64,000 bases of DNA from Clostridia bacterium (GTDB lineage: Bacteria; Bacillota; Clostridia; UMGS1883). The translations under genes and the position numbers were made by a program. This document shows positions 9,768-19,797 of this stretch, piece after piece. Below the pieces are notes generated by a model. That model was given only the letters and a program-made list of their open reading frames with translations, searched no databases and had not been told where the DNA came from. The stretch is from the NCBI GenBank assembly GCA_045656645.1, contig JAZORN010000094.1:8522-72521 (forward strand), in the 5' to 3' direction. Every line of letters begins with the position of its first letter. Within the stretch, counting starts at the first letter, position 1.

Positions 9768-11810
9768 TTACAAAGCTAAATTTTGGGATAAATTTTCACT
9801 TGCTTCTTTTATATAAAAGTTTTCTTCTTTTAAAAGATGCGGGTCTTCTTTTAAAAGTGCTTCTGCGGCAATGCCGCTCTTTTTAAGTACATCAAGGTCA
9901 TTTGCAAGGTCTGCAATTTTAAAGTGCAGAGCACCGTGCTGACGTGTGCCGAAAAAGTCGCCCGGACCACGAAGTGTTAAATCCTTTTCAGATATTTTAA
10001 AGCCGTCGTTACTTTTTGTCATTATTTGCATACGCTCTTTAATATCATCTGAAAAAGAGGAGCAAAAAAGTACACAATAGCTTTTACTGCTTCCACGTCC
10101 TACACGCCCCCGAAGCTGATGCAGCTGACTAAGTCCAAACCGTTCTGCGTTTTCTATTACCATCAATGTTGCCTCGGGTACATTTACGCCAACCTCTATA
10201 ACAGTAGTTGATACAAGGATTTTACTTTGTCCGCAGATAAAATCACTCATAGCCTTTTCCTTGTCCGCACTTTTCATTTTGCCGTGGACAAGCCCCATCG
10301 GTATATCTGGGAATATTTTTGAGGATAGGTGAGAAAAATGCTCCTCTACAGATTTAAGGGGAATATTTTCTGATTCCTCAACACTGGGGCATACAATATA
10401 ACAACGGTTATTTTTCATAACCTCTTTGCGGATAAATGCATATATACGCTCGCGCATATTTTCGCCCACACAGTAGGTATCAATTACCTGTCTTCCCGGC
10501 GGAAGCTCCCCGATAACTGAAATATCCATATCTCCGTATATAATAAGTGCAAGAGTTCTTGGAATAGGTGTGGCAGTCATTACAAGGGTATGTACATCAT
10601 TGCCCTTTTCACTAAGTGCCATTCTCTGCCTTACGCCAAAACGGTGCTGTTCATCCGTTATTGCAAGGGCAAGACGCATAAAACTAACCTTTTGTGTGAT
10701 AAGTGCGTGCGTGCCGAAAAGTGCATCTATTTCGCCGCACTTAAGCTTTTCATATATTTCGCGTTTTGTTTTTTGCGATGTGCTTCCCGTAAGGAGTGCG
10801 CATTTAATTCCCAAATTCTCAAGCATAGGGGAGAGGTCATTATAATGCTGACGTGCCAGTACTTCTGTAGGAGCCATCATTGCCGCCTGATTGCCGTTTT
10901 TGACGCAGACATATATTGAAATAGCGGCTATTACTGTTTTACCGCTTCCGACGTCGCCCTGAACAAGTCTGTTCATAACAGTGCCTGAGGACAGGTCAGA
11001 AAGTATCTCATCCGTAACCTTTTTTTGCGCATTTGTGAGGGTAAAGGGAAGGGAGGAGAGAAATGGTGTAATATTTTTATCGGTAAATTTTATACCATTC
11101 TTTTTTTCGGCAGATATTTTCATTTTCCGCAGTGTTGTCTGCAGAATGAAAAATTCCTCAAACACAAGCCTCTTTTTTGCTATTTCAAGAGAATTTAAGT
11201 CAGCAGGAAAATGTATGTTCTTAATTGCAAATTCAAGTGGGCATAACGAGTATGTGCGAAGCACAGAAGGCGGAATTATATCACGCATATAGCTGTGATA
11301 CAGGCGGTAGCTCTCCATAATTAAATTACGCATAAATTTTTGCGAAATACCGCTCGTAAGGGGATATATGGGAACTATACATTTAGTACATTCTTTTTTT
11401 GATGAAAGCTCAAATTCAGGGGAAAGTATTTCCTTGTTTTTACCCCTGATATTAACCTTTCCGTAGAAAGAATATTCATAGCCAACCTTAAAATTGTTTT
11501 TTATGTATTTGTTATTAAAGAATATGCACGTTGCAATTCCCGTATCGTCACGCACCAAAAGCTTGTAGTAGGTAAGCCCTTTACGTACAAAATGCTCCGT
11601 CACGGGTGAAACTACAATTGCATTAACGCAGTGATAATTTCCGTTTTCAATATCAAAAATTTTAGAAACCTTTGTTCTGTCCTCAAAACGCACGGGAAAA
11701 TGTGTTAATAAGTCCCAAACGGTAAAAACGCCAAGGCGAAGCAATTGCTTCGCCTTGGCGTCGCCTATTCCTTTAAGTGACCTGATATCAGTTTCCATAG
11801 GGTTTAACAC
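9768..11810 (-). CDS. recG: ATP-dependent DNA helicase RecG
   Basis: 680 aa. Walker A GDVGSGKT and a DEQHRFG motif II, with a wedge-like N-terminus. Confidence 0.85.
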   Translation of the reverse strand: MLNPMETDIRSLKGIGDAKAKQLLRLGVFTVWDLLTHFPVRFEDRTKVSKIFDIENGNYHCVNAIVVSPVTEHFVRKGLTYYKLLVRDDTGIATCIFFNNKYIKNNFKVGYEYSFYGKVNIRGKNKEILSPEFELSSKKECTKCIVPIYPLTSGISQKFMRNLIMESYRLYHSYMRDIIPPSVLRTYSLCPLEFAIKNIHFPADLNSLEIAKKRLVFEEFFILQTTLRKMKISAEKKNGIKFTDKNITPFLSSLPFTLTNAQKKVTDEILSDLSSGTVMNRLVQGDVGSGKTVIAAISIYVCVKNGNQAAMMAPTEVLARQHYNDLSPMLENLGIKCALLTGSTSQKTKREIYEKLKCGEIDALFGTHALITQKVSFMRLALAITDEQHRFGVRQRMALSEKGNDVHTLVMTATPIPRTLALIIYGDMDISVIGELPPGRQVIDTYCVGENMRERIYAFIRKEVMKNNRCYIVCPSVEESENIPLKSVEEHFSHLSSKIFPDIPMGLVHGKMKSADKEKAMSDFICGQSKILVSTTVIEVGVNVPEATLMVIENAERFGLSQLHQLRGRVGRGSSKSYCVLFCSSFSDDIKERMQIMTKSNDGFKISEKDLTLRGPGDFFGTRQHGALHFKIADLANDLDVLKKSGIAAEALLKEDPHLLKEENFYIKEASENLSQNLAL

Positions 11811-11850
11811 TTAGCATCACCTTAGTAATCAGCTTGGCTTTCCGAAGACT

Positions 11851-13476
11851 CTATTCAACAGAAACGATGTAGTAATACACACTCTGCCCGCCGTTTGCCA
11901 CAAGTACATCTGCATCGGGGAAAGCTTCCTCAACTGCATCGGCAATTTTCTGTGCATTTTCCTCTGTTTCATCAGCACCGTAGTAAAGAGTTATAATTTC
12001 ACTGTCCTCATCAGCAATTTTTGAAACGAGGTTAAGAGTTGATGTGAAAATATCATCATCTGCTGAAAGAATATGTCCTGAAGAAACACCGATAATATTT
12101 CCCTCACGGATTTTCATACCGTCAATTTCAGTATCCTTTACAGCGTGTGTAACACTACCGCTGACAACTGTAGAGAGTGCTTTTTGCATTTTCTGCGTAT
12201 TTTCCTCAATTCCTGCGGCAGGTGAAAAAGACATCATTGCACATATTCCCTGGGGAATAGTGGTTGATTCTATTACAATCACCTTGCACTGGGCAATCTG
12301 TGATGCCTGCTGTGCCGCAAGAACAATATTTTTATTATTTGGAAGAACAAATACTGTATCAGCATTTGCGTCCTCTATTGCCGCTAAAATATCCTCTGTG
12401 CTTGGATTCATTGTCTGACCGCCGTGAATAATGTTTGTTACACCAAGCTCACGGAAGGTATTTACAAGACCGTCACCATTTGCAACTGAAACAACGGCAA
12501 TTTCCTTATGCTCTGTCGGAGCTTTTTTCTCCTCTTTAGTATCTGCTAAAAGGTCAGTATGCTGCTCACGCATATTTTCAATTTTAATATTTACAAGCTC
12601 ACCGAGTTTTACAGCCTGCTCAAGAACAAATCCGGGATGATTGGTGTGAATGTGCACCTTAACAATATCATCCTCATCAATTACAATCATACAATCGCCC
12701 TTAGGCTCAATTGCGGCACGCATTTTTGCCGCGGTGGTCTGTGCGTTGTATTTATTTATAATAAATTCAGTACAGTATGCAAATTTAATATCCTCTGTGC
12801 TTATAGTGCTCTGCGCAGGTTTTGAAGAAACTGCAGAAGCCGTTTCTTTATCGGTAAGCTCAACGAGTTTTCCATTTATTGCTGAAAGAAAACCTTCAAA
12901 AATAAATACAAGTCCCTGACCGCCTGCATCAACAACACCCGCCTGCTTAAGCTGGGGGAGCATTTCCTGAGTTCTGGCAAGAGCAGTGCACATATCGGTG
13001 TAAACAGTTTTCAAAAGCTCTCCTGCGTCATCGCCCTCATAGCTTTCGGCACTTTCTGCCGCTGCACGGATAACTGTAAGAATTGTACCCTCGGTAGGCT
13101 TCATAACTGCACCGTATGCAGTATCACAGCCACCACGAAGAGCCAAAGCAAGAGCCTTTGCATCTATACTGTCACCTGACGTAATTTTTTTTGATATTCC
13201 ACGGAAAATCTGTGAAAGAATTACGCCTGAATTACCCCTTGCACCACGAAGAGTTGCCTTGGCAACAAGATTTGCAACCTCGGACACATCAGAGATTGCA
13301 TCACCCTCAACATTGCGTGCGGCATTTATAAAGGTAAGCGACATATTTGTTCCCGTATCACCGTCGGGGACGGGGAATACATTAAGCGAATCAACAAATT
13401 CACGGTTATTACTTAAATTGTGGGCACCCGATATTATCATCTTTGATAACATAGATGCATCTATAAATTTAGTCAT
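11851..13476 (-). CDS. DAK2 domain fusion protein YloV
   Basis: 541 aa. An N-terminal DhaL/DAK2-like domain (VPDGDTGTNM). The conserved asp23-yloV-recG gene order supports the call. Confidence 0.75.
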   Translation of the reverse strand: MTKFIDASMLSKMIISGAHNLSNNREFVDSLNVFPVPDGDTGTNMSLTFINAARNVEGDAISDVSEVANLVAKATLRGARGNSGVILSQIFRGISKKITSGDSIDAKALALALRGGCDTAYGAVMKPTEGTILTVIRAAAESAESYEGDDAGELLKTVYTDMCTALARTQEMLPQLKQAGVVDAGGQGLVFIFEGFLSAINGKLVELTDKETASAVSSKPAQSTISTEDIKFAYCTEFIINKYNAQTTAAKMRAAIEPKGDCMIVIDEDDIVKVHIHTNHPGFVLEQAVKLGELVNIKIENMREQHTDLLADTKEEKKAPTEHKEIAVVSVANGDGLVNTFRELGVTNIIHGGQTMNPSTEDILAAIEDANADTVFVLPNNKNIVLAAQQASQIAQCKVIVIESTTIPQGICAMMSFSPAAGIEENTQKMQKALSTVVSGSVTHAVKDTEIDGMKIREGNIIGVSSGHILSADDDIFTSTLNLVSKIADEDSEIITLYYGADETEENAQKIADAVEEAFPDADVLVANGGQSVYYYIVSVE

Positions 13477-13493
13477 AAAAAACCTCCGAAACG

Positions 13494-13850
13494 TCAGCTA
13501 TTCACACGAATGCTTTCAACGAATACATTTACAGCCTTAACATCCATACCGATAAGCTCTGAAAGGCGGTATTTTACACCGTGAATAATACTTTCACAAA
13601 TCGCATTGATATTAACGCCGTACTGAACAACTATGAACATATCTACAGTGATTTCATTTTCGCTGACAGATATTTTAATTCCCTTAGCAAGGTTGGAAGG
13701 TTTGAGCAGACTTACAATACCATCTTTAGGACTGCGGATAGCCATACCTACTACACCGTAGCAGCTTGTGGCAATTATACCGGCTGCGTTTGCGATAACG
13801 TTGTTTGATATAGTAATGCTGCCATATTGATTATCAGTTTTTACTGCCAT
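13494..13850 (-). CDS. Asp23/Gls24 family (alkaline shock protein, YloU-like)
   Basis: 118 aa. Its size and its position upstream of yloV fit the family. Confidence 0.7.
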   Translation of the reverse strand: MAVKTDNQYGSITISNNVIANAAGIIATSCYGVVGMAIRSPKDGIVSLLKPSNLAKGIKISVSENEITVDMFIVVQYGVNINAICESIIHGVKYRLSELIGMDVKAVNVFVESIRVNS

Positions 13851-13900
13851 AATAAAACCTCCTTAAATTTCTAAATTATATTATAACCCAAAAGACGCAG

Positions 13901-15511
13901 TTATGTCAACATTTCTGTGTGTTTATTAGATGAAAAAGCGGTTTTATCGCTTGTGAAAAGAATAATCTGGCGATTTTCAGACAAACTCTCCAAAAGTTCG
14001 ACAGCTTTTTTGCGGCGGGTATCATCGTACTGCAGAAACGGCTGGTCAAGAATAAGAAAAGCCGTCTCATCACCAAAAAGCATATCAATAAGCGCAAGCC
14101 TCAGTGAAAGATAAAGCTGATCAACCGTGCCACCTGAAAAAAGCTCGCTCTTTCTTGGAATATCCATATCTATTGACAGATTAAACTGTTCATCACTAAA
14201 GAGCTTTGTATATTTGCCAGAGGTTATTTTGCTGAAATATTCTGATGCTTTTTTATTAAGATGCGGGGTAAAATTACGCTGCATCTTTTCGTGTGCTGTA
14301 TTTAGTGAATTAATTGTAAGCGTAAGGATGGATAAACGTTTTTCAAGTAATGTTCTCTTCTCATAAAAGCTGTCTATGTTTTCTTCGCCATTTTCTGAAA
14401 GCTGCATTTTAAGTGAGTTAATTTTAAGCATTAGTGAACTTAGCTTTTCCTTTGCAGTATCAGCATTTTCTTTTAAGCTTTTAATTCTTGTATCGTGCAA
14501 AGCTTTGTTTTTTTCAAGCTCTGAAAGCTCGTCTTTAAGCTTTTGTATTTCAATATCAAAATTACTTTCTATGGATGTATTTTTTGCCCTTATGCCTAAA
14601 ATTATAAGTGCTGCCGAAGCTATAATAAATATTAATGAAAAGGGAAGAAAAGTTACTGAAAGAATGGCTGATAAAATTCCGCTAAGAATATATATTTTTT
14701 TTCTTGAAAAGGAAGTCTTATTAGCGGAAGTGTTCTTTTGCACTTCCTTTTCTTCAATTCGTCCCTGAAGGTGTGCAATAGGGGAGATAAAGTCTTGTGA
14801 AAGCTCATTTTCATAATTTTTCTTTGCTTCATCTGCGCTTTTTTGCATACAGGGTAAAACTTTTTGAGCATCCTCAAGCTCTGAAAGCTTTAATAGATAT
14901 ATTGCACGCTTTTTTTCAAGGTCTGCAATTTGCGTATTTATTTGCGAAAGTGTTCCACCGCTACCACGCAGGGGCTTAATTTCACGCCGTGCGTTTTCGA
15001 GGATTTTTATTGCCTTTTCAAAGCTTACATTTTCATCTCCGCCTGCGCTGATGTTTGAAAGCTTCTGCACAATTTCTTCATTTGTTCCGTTAAATGCCGT
15101 TGAAAGCTGTTTAAGGCAGAGTGTTTTTGAAAAAGTATCACTGCCTATGCCGATAATCTCTTCCGGCATAGAGGAAAGCTCCTGGCCTGTAAGGGTATTA
15201 TAGACACGAAGTGTATCCTGCTTTTTAACAGAGCCTGCCTTTCGGTAGATTGTTATATCATCACCGTCTGACAGATGAAGTGTTAACTTACCCTCACAAA
15301 CACCGCCGTCCCAGGGAGTGTATTTTTCACGCAGAGATGCGCTTTTTCCACGGTTATCTCCAAAACCGTAGAGCATTGCGTATATAAAGCTCATTATTGT
15401 GCTTTTTCCGCTTTCATTATCGCCAAGAATAACGTTTAATCCGCTATCGAGGTTTATTGTCTTATCTTTAAATTTTCCAAAAGAAATAATTTCAAGTGAT
15501 TTAATTATCAT
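13901..15511 (-). CDS. AAA/SbcC-like ATPase with coiled-coil and a central hydrophobic segment (YhaN-like)
   Basis: N-terminal Walker A NVILGDNESGKST. Long coiled-coil region. A hydrophobic stretch IYILSGILSAILSVTFLPFSLIFIIASAALIILGI. C-terminal Walker B/D-loop region FLILDQP. Overlaps the upstream phosphoesterase gene by 4 nt. Confidence 0.7.
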   Translation of the reverse strand: MIIKSLEIISFGKFKDKTINLDSGLNVILGDNESGKSTIMSFIYAMLYGFGDNRGKSASLREKYTPWDGGVCEGKLTLHLSDGDDITIYRKAGSVKKQDTLRVYNTLTGQELSSMPEEIIGIGSDTFSKTLCLKQLSTAFNGTNEEIVQKLSNISAGGDENVSFEKAIKILENARREIKPLRGSGGTLSQINTQIADLEKKRAIYLLKLSELEDAQKVLPCMQKSADEAKKNYENELSQDFISPIAHLQGRIEEKEVQKNTSANKTSFSRKKIYILSGILSAILSVTFLPFSLIFIIASAALIILGIRAKNTSIESNFDIEIQKLKDELSELEKNKALHDTRIKSLKENADTAKEKLSSLMLKINSLKMQLSENGEENIDSFYEKRTLLEKRLSILTLTINSLNTAHEKMQRNFTPHLNKKASEYFSKITSGKYTKLFSDEQFNLSIDMDIPRKSELFSGGTVDQLYLSLRLALIDMLFGDETAFLILDQPFLQYDDTRRKKAVELLESLSENRQIILFTSDKTAFSSNKHTEMLT

Positions 15512-16587
15512 AACGCACCTCCTATTCGTCCTGCAAGTGCGTCCAGTCCTGCCTTTGCGGCTAAAAGAAAATCTTCTTCACTTGGGCAGTTTTCTCTTAA
15601 TTCACGAAGAAAGGCACCTCTTATACTTTCTTCTTTTTCCAGTTCTTCAATTACATAGCTCGCTGTGGTTTCGTCAGCTATTTCAAGATGAAATGCATAA
15701 GGCTTTAACTCATTTTCAATAAATTCACTGCTGAAACCTCTTTCATCATAATAATCTCCAACAAACGTAACACGGTAAAAATCTGTATCATTAAGCATTT
15801 CCTTGGCGGAGGTTATAATTTCGTCAGTACTTTTTCCGCTAATATCAAATATAAAATTATGATACTTTCTTTTTGTAAAAGAAACGGGTGTAATAATTGT
15901 TTCTTTATCTGTAATTTCTGCGTAAATAAAGCCACAGTTACCGTCATCGTTAAATTTATGTCCTTCGGGTGTGCCGGGGTAGGCGCACTTAATTTTATTT
16001 ATATCAAAGACTTCTCCGTTGTGAATATGTCCAAAAGCTGCATAATTGCAGGGAATAGAGGAGAGAACCTCTTTTTTTATAATGTTATAATCACTGCCCA
16101 AAGTAAGGTCGCCGTGAAGACACATAATATTAACTTTATTCTCTTCAAAACTGCAATCAGAGAATGAAGGGGTTACGGAAGATGTGCTGTAGGATTTTCC
16201 CCAGATTACAGCACTCGTATCCTTAAGTGTAAAAGAATGCTCAAAGCAAGGAAAAATATGTACATTATCTGAAAAATAATCCTGCCTTGCAAAAGGAGAT
16301 TGTGAACACATATAATCGTGATTTCCGCAAACAATAAAAACCTCAATGGGAGAAAGTGAAGAAAGGACATTCCTTACAAAGTCACAATCAGCCTTTGAGG
16401 GGGTTGGTGTATCAAACAAGTCACCGCAAATTAAAAGAGCATCTGCAGCCTTTTCTTTACAGAATTTTGCAATAAGGGAGAGCGAATCACGGATTTCACC
16501 GCTTCGCATTGCGGCATTTTGAGTGCTCAGCCCCTGACAGGGGGCACCGATATGTAAATCTGCACAATGAACTATTTTTAATGGCAT
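15508..16587 (-). CDS. Metallophosphoesterase, SbcD/Mre11-like exonuclease (YhaO-like)
   Basis: The N-terminal calcineurin-like motifs are VHCADLHIG and GDLFD. Later motifs are GNHD and GHIH. The start was set at ATG 16587, after RBS GGAGGA. It is translationally coupled to the ATPase gene. Confidence 0.7.
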   Translation of the reverse strand: MPLKIVHCADLHIGAPCQGLSTQNAAMRSGEIRDSLSLIAKFCKEKAADALLICGDLFDTPTPSKADCDFVRNVLSSLSPIEVFIVCGNHDYMCSQSPFARQDYFSDNVHIFPCFEHSFTLKDTSAVIWGKSYSTSSVTPSFSDCSFEENKVNIMCLHGDLTLGSDYNIIKKEVLSSIPCNYAAFGHIHNGEVFDINKIKCAYPGTPEGHKFNDDGNCGFIYAEITDKETIITPVSFTKRKYHNFIFDISGKSTDEIITSAKEMLNDTDFYRVTFVGDYYDERGFSSEFIENELKPYAFHLEIADETTASYVIEELEKEESIRGAFLRELRENCPSEEDFLLAAKAGLDALAGRIGGAL

Positions 16588-16640
16588 AGCTTCATCCTCC
16601 GAAAAAAACATTGAAAAGGGAGCCGATTAATGGTATACTT

Positions 16641-17270
16641 TTATTTGCTAAGTCTTGCGACCAGGCGGCATATGGGAGTGCCCTGCGAAGAAAACTTTTC
16701 TTCATATTCAGTCATAATATTGCCTTCAAAACCACTGTTGTGAAGGTCATATGTAACATCGGAAAGAGAAAAACCGTTTGCGGGGAAGCTTTCAAGGGAA
16801 AAATCAAAAAGCTCTCTGTTATCTGTTTTAAAACAGATTTCACCATTGTCTTTAAGAATTCTTTTGTAAATTTCCAAAAATCCCCCGTGTGTAAGACGTC
16901 TTTTCGCATAACCCTTTTTAGGCCACGGGTCACTGAAATTAAGGTAAATTCTGTCAACCGATTTATCAGGGAAGGTTTCACCGAGATACTCAAAGTTTCC
17001 ACGCATAAAACGCAGGTTTTCAAGCTCAGCATTTTTTGCTTTTTCCATTGCAAGTACAATTACGTTTGAAACCTTTTCAATTGCTATGTAGCGTATATCG
17101 GGATTAATAAGTGCGGTTTTAGTTATAAAATTTCCTTTGCCGCATCCAATCTCTATATGCAGGAGATGACCCTGCACAAAGCTTTTTGCAGAGTCATCAT
17201 ATTTTAAAAGTGATAAATTGCTGCACTCCTCAAGTCTTTCCTCAAGGTGGCTGCGTGTCCTCATTCTCAT
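16641..17270 (-). CDS. trmB: tRNA (guanine46-N7)-methyltransferase
   Basis: SAM motif IEIGCGKGNF. Start set at MRMR (ATG 17270), preceded by RBS GGAAAGGA. Confidence 0.8.
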   Translation of the reverse strand: MRMRTRSHLEERLEECSNLSLLKYDDSAKSFVQGHLLHIEIGCGKGNFITKTALINPDIRYIAIEKVSNVIVLAMEKAKNAELENLRFMRGNFEYLGETFPDKSVDRIYLNFSDPWPKKGYAKRRLTHGGFLEIYKRILKDNGEICFKTDNRELFDFSLESFPANGFSLSDVTYDLHNSGFEGNIMTEYEEKFSSQGTPICRLVARLSK

Positions 17271-17271
17271 T

Positions 17272-17901
17272 TTAATTGTCCTTTCCGCCCTTGGCGTAAA
17301 CTTTATCACGACCGCTTATCTTTCCGTACATTTCTACGATTTTAAACTTTATTTCAAACGGAAGATTGCCGCCACTGCTTTGTGCAGTAATCAGGTCGTA
17401 GCTGTCTTTATCAAGCATTGATTGAAGCTTTGCACCAGCCTCATCGCTGTTTGTTGTTCCGTCAACAAAACAAAGAGGGGGAAAGAGAACGCACCACCAG
17501 TTTTTTCCCTCTGCTTTACCCAGTTTTACACGTACGGCATCATAAGAACCTGCAGGAAGGGAAATATTATTATAGTGCTTTGTCGGGAATTTAAATTTCC
17601 CGTACTCAACATCCACATTATAGTCATAACCGTTTTCACGTACAATGCTTTGTGCAATGCTTTTATATATATCAAGATTTTGTGCGACGTCAGCTTTTTT
17701 TGTAAAATCACTTTGACTATGCTCCAAAAGTGCGTCGCGAACCTTTAATTTTAAAATCTGGTCATAATCAGTATCACTGTTGGCAATTACGTGAAGCCTT
17801 ACAATTTTTTGTGAAATCTGAGAGCTTACGTTTGTTGAATATCCAATCAGAATAAGCAGTACCAATAGCGAAACTGCAATTGTTGTGAAAAATTTTTTCA
17901 T
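17272..17901 (-). CDS. spoIIR: Stage II sporulation protein R
   Basis: A signal/TM N-terminus followed by the conserved RLHVIANSDTDYDQILKLKVRDALL block characteristic of SpoIIR. Start at MKKFF, after RBS GAGGTG. Confidence 0.6.
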   Translation of the reverse strand: MKKFFTTIAVSLLVLLILIGYSTNVSSQISQKIVRLHVIANSDTDYDQILKLKVRDALLEHSQSDFTKKADVAQNLDIYKSIAQSIVRENGYDYNVDVEYGKFKFPTKHYNNISLPAGSYDAVRVKLGKAEGKNWWCVLFPPLCFVDGTTNSDEAGAKLQSMLDKDSYDLITAQSSGGNLPFEIKFKIVEMYGKISGRDKVYAKGGKDN

Positions 17902-17944
17902 TGGGCAACACCTCATATGAAAGTATTACCGCAATAAAGAAATT

Positions 17945-18796
17945 TTATACAGGAGAGCAAATATAAACTGTTTTGTATTTTTTCCACAGTTCATTTTTTG
18001 CGTGGCGTGCCTCGTCATATGTGCGGAAAATTCCAAATACAGTAGGACCGCTGCCACTCATCTGTGCCTTTATAGCACCAAGCTCCATAAGCTGCTCTTT
18101 AAGCGAGGATAAAACGGGATGCTCCGCTATACTGACCTCTTCAAGGACATTTCCCATACCGCTTGCAATTGTATCAAGGTCTCCGTCGTGAAGTCCTCTT
18201 ATAATTGCATTGGTATCGGGACGGGCGAAATCTGAGCAGGAGTCGATTTTTTCATAAACAGTTTTTGTACTGATTGAAAAAGACGGCTTTACAAGCACAA
18301 TACTGCATTTTGGAATTTTGGGAAGTGAAGAAAGCTTTTCACCAATTCCTTCTGCAAGACGTGTTCCACCCAATATGCAGTAGGGAACATCTGCACCGAT
18401 ATTAACACCGATATTGCAAAGCTCTTTAAGGGAAAGCTTTGTTTCAAAGAGGGTGTTCATAGCTTTAAGAACTGCGGATGCATTACTGCTTCCCCCGGCG
18501 AGACCTGCGCCTACGGGAATACGTTTTAAAATATTTATGCTGACACCAGCCTTAATGCCGGTATATTTAAAAAATTCTTCTGCAGCCTTATATGCTAAAT
18601 TGTTATTATCAATGGGAAGATAGGGAAGATTTGTTGAAAGCTCTATCCCATGCTTTATCTGAGTTACGGTAACGATGTCAAAAACCGATACAGTCTGCAT
18701 TACCATCTGTACGTCGTGATAGCCATTATCCCTTTTACCGAGCACATCAAGAGACAAATTAATTTTGGCAAATGATTTTGCAACAGTTTTTTTCAT
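17945..18796 (-). CDS. ispE: 4-diphosphocytidyl-2-C-methyl-D-erythritol kinase
   Basis: KINLSLDVLGKRDNGYH N-terminus and the GHMP kinase motif PVGAGLAGGSSNA. Confidence 0.85.
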   Translation of the reverse strand: MKKTVAKSFAKINLSLDVLGKRDNGYHDVQMVMQTVSVFDIVTVTQIKHGIELSTNLPYLPIDNNNLAYKAAEEFFKYTGIKAGVSINILKRIPVGAGLAGGSSNASAVLKAMNTLFETKLSLKELCNIGVNIGADVPYCILGGTRLAEGIGEKLSSLPKIPKCSIVLVKPSFSISTKTVYEKIDSCSDFARPDTNAIIRGLHDGDLDTIASGMGNVLEEVSIAEHPVLSSLKEQLMELGAIKAQMSGSGPTVFGIFRTYDEARHAKNELWKKYKTVYICSPV

Positions 18797-18881
18797 AATA
18801 CACCTCTAAAATAGTCTTCTATTTATTATAATTCAAAATATTAAAAAAAGCAATAGAATTTTATCAAAAGGAGAGAAAGCA

Positions 18882-19715
18882 ATGTTTTATATAGGATGTC
18901 ATCTTTCAGCATCAAAAGGATTTACACATATGGCAAAGGAGGCAAAGAGCATAGGGGCAAACACATTTCAGTTTTTCACACGAAATCCCCGTGGCTTTGC
19001 CGCAAAGGATATTGATGAAAATGATGTTAAGGAATTTTTGCAGTTTACAAAGGAAAATAACTTCGGCAAAATCCTTGCGCACGCTCCATATACACTAAAC
19101 CCATCCTCCGCAGATGAAAGGGTACGCGACCTTGCCTTAAGGATAATGGAGGATGATATGCTGCGTATGGAATATATTCCGGGAAACCTTTATAATTTTC
19201 ATCCGGGAAGCCACGTTGGGCAAGGGGCGGAAAAAGGAATCTGCCTTACTGCAGAGCTTTTGAATACTATTCTTAAACCAAATCAGACAACTACAGTCCT
19301 GCTTGAAACAATGTCGGGAAAGGGTAGCGAAATCGGAAGAAGCTTTGAAGAATTAAGGGCGATAATTGATAAGACCGAGCTTAAGGAAAAGGTTGGTGTA
19401 TGTCTTGATACCTGCCACGTGTTTGACGGCGGATATGACATTGTGAATAATCTTGAGGCTGTTCTTGATGAATTTGACAATATCGTAGGCCTTGACAGAC
19501 TTTATGCAATTCATATGAATGATTCCAAAAATCCTTTTGAAAGCCATAAGGACAGACATGAGAAAATAGGCGAAGGTTCAATCGGACTTTCTGCAATGAA
19601 AGCGATAATAAATAACCCGAGATTAAAAAATCTCCCCATTTTCCTTGAAACGCCAAACGAGCTTGACGGATATGCTGCAGAAATAAAAATTCTTAAAGAA
19701 AATTATATTGGATGA
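18882..19715 (+). CDS. nfo: Endonuclease IV (deoxyribonuclease IV)
   Basis: 277 aa. MFYIGCHLS start and the AP endonuclease family 2 His/Asp ligand pattern. Confidence 0.8.
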   Translation: MFYIGCHLSASKGFTHMAKEAKSIGANTFQFFTRNPRGFAAKDIDENDVKEFLQFTKENNFGKILAHAPYTLNPSSADERVRDLALRIMEDDMLRMEYIPGNLYNFHPGSHVGQGAEKGICLTAELLNTILKPNQTTTVLLETMSGKGSEIGRSFEELRAIIDKTELKEKVGVCLDTCHVFDGGYDIVNNLEAVLDEFDNIVGLDRLYAIHMNDSKNPFESHKDRHEKIGEGSIGLSAMKAIINNPRLKNLPIFLETPNELDGYAAEIKILKENYIG

Positions 19716-19797
19716 TAAAAAAGTGTTTCCTTTTTTTAGATTTTGTGTTAATATATAATTTAGGTAATTTTGAGTATTTAGTTTGAAGGGAGCAGCT

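Noticed and set aside
16611-17069. 152-aa plus-strand ORF
   Set aside because: It overlaps trmB on the opposite strand. trmB carries the clear SAM-MTase motif.
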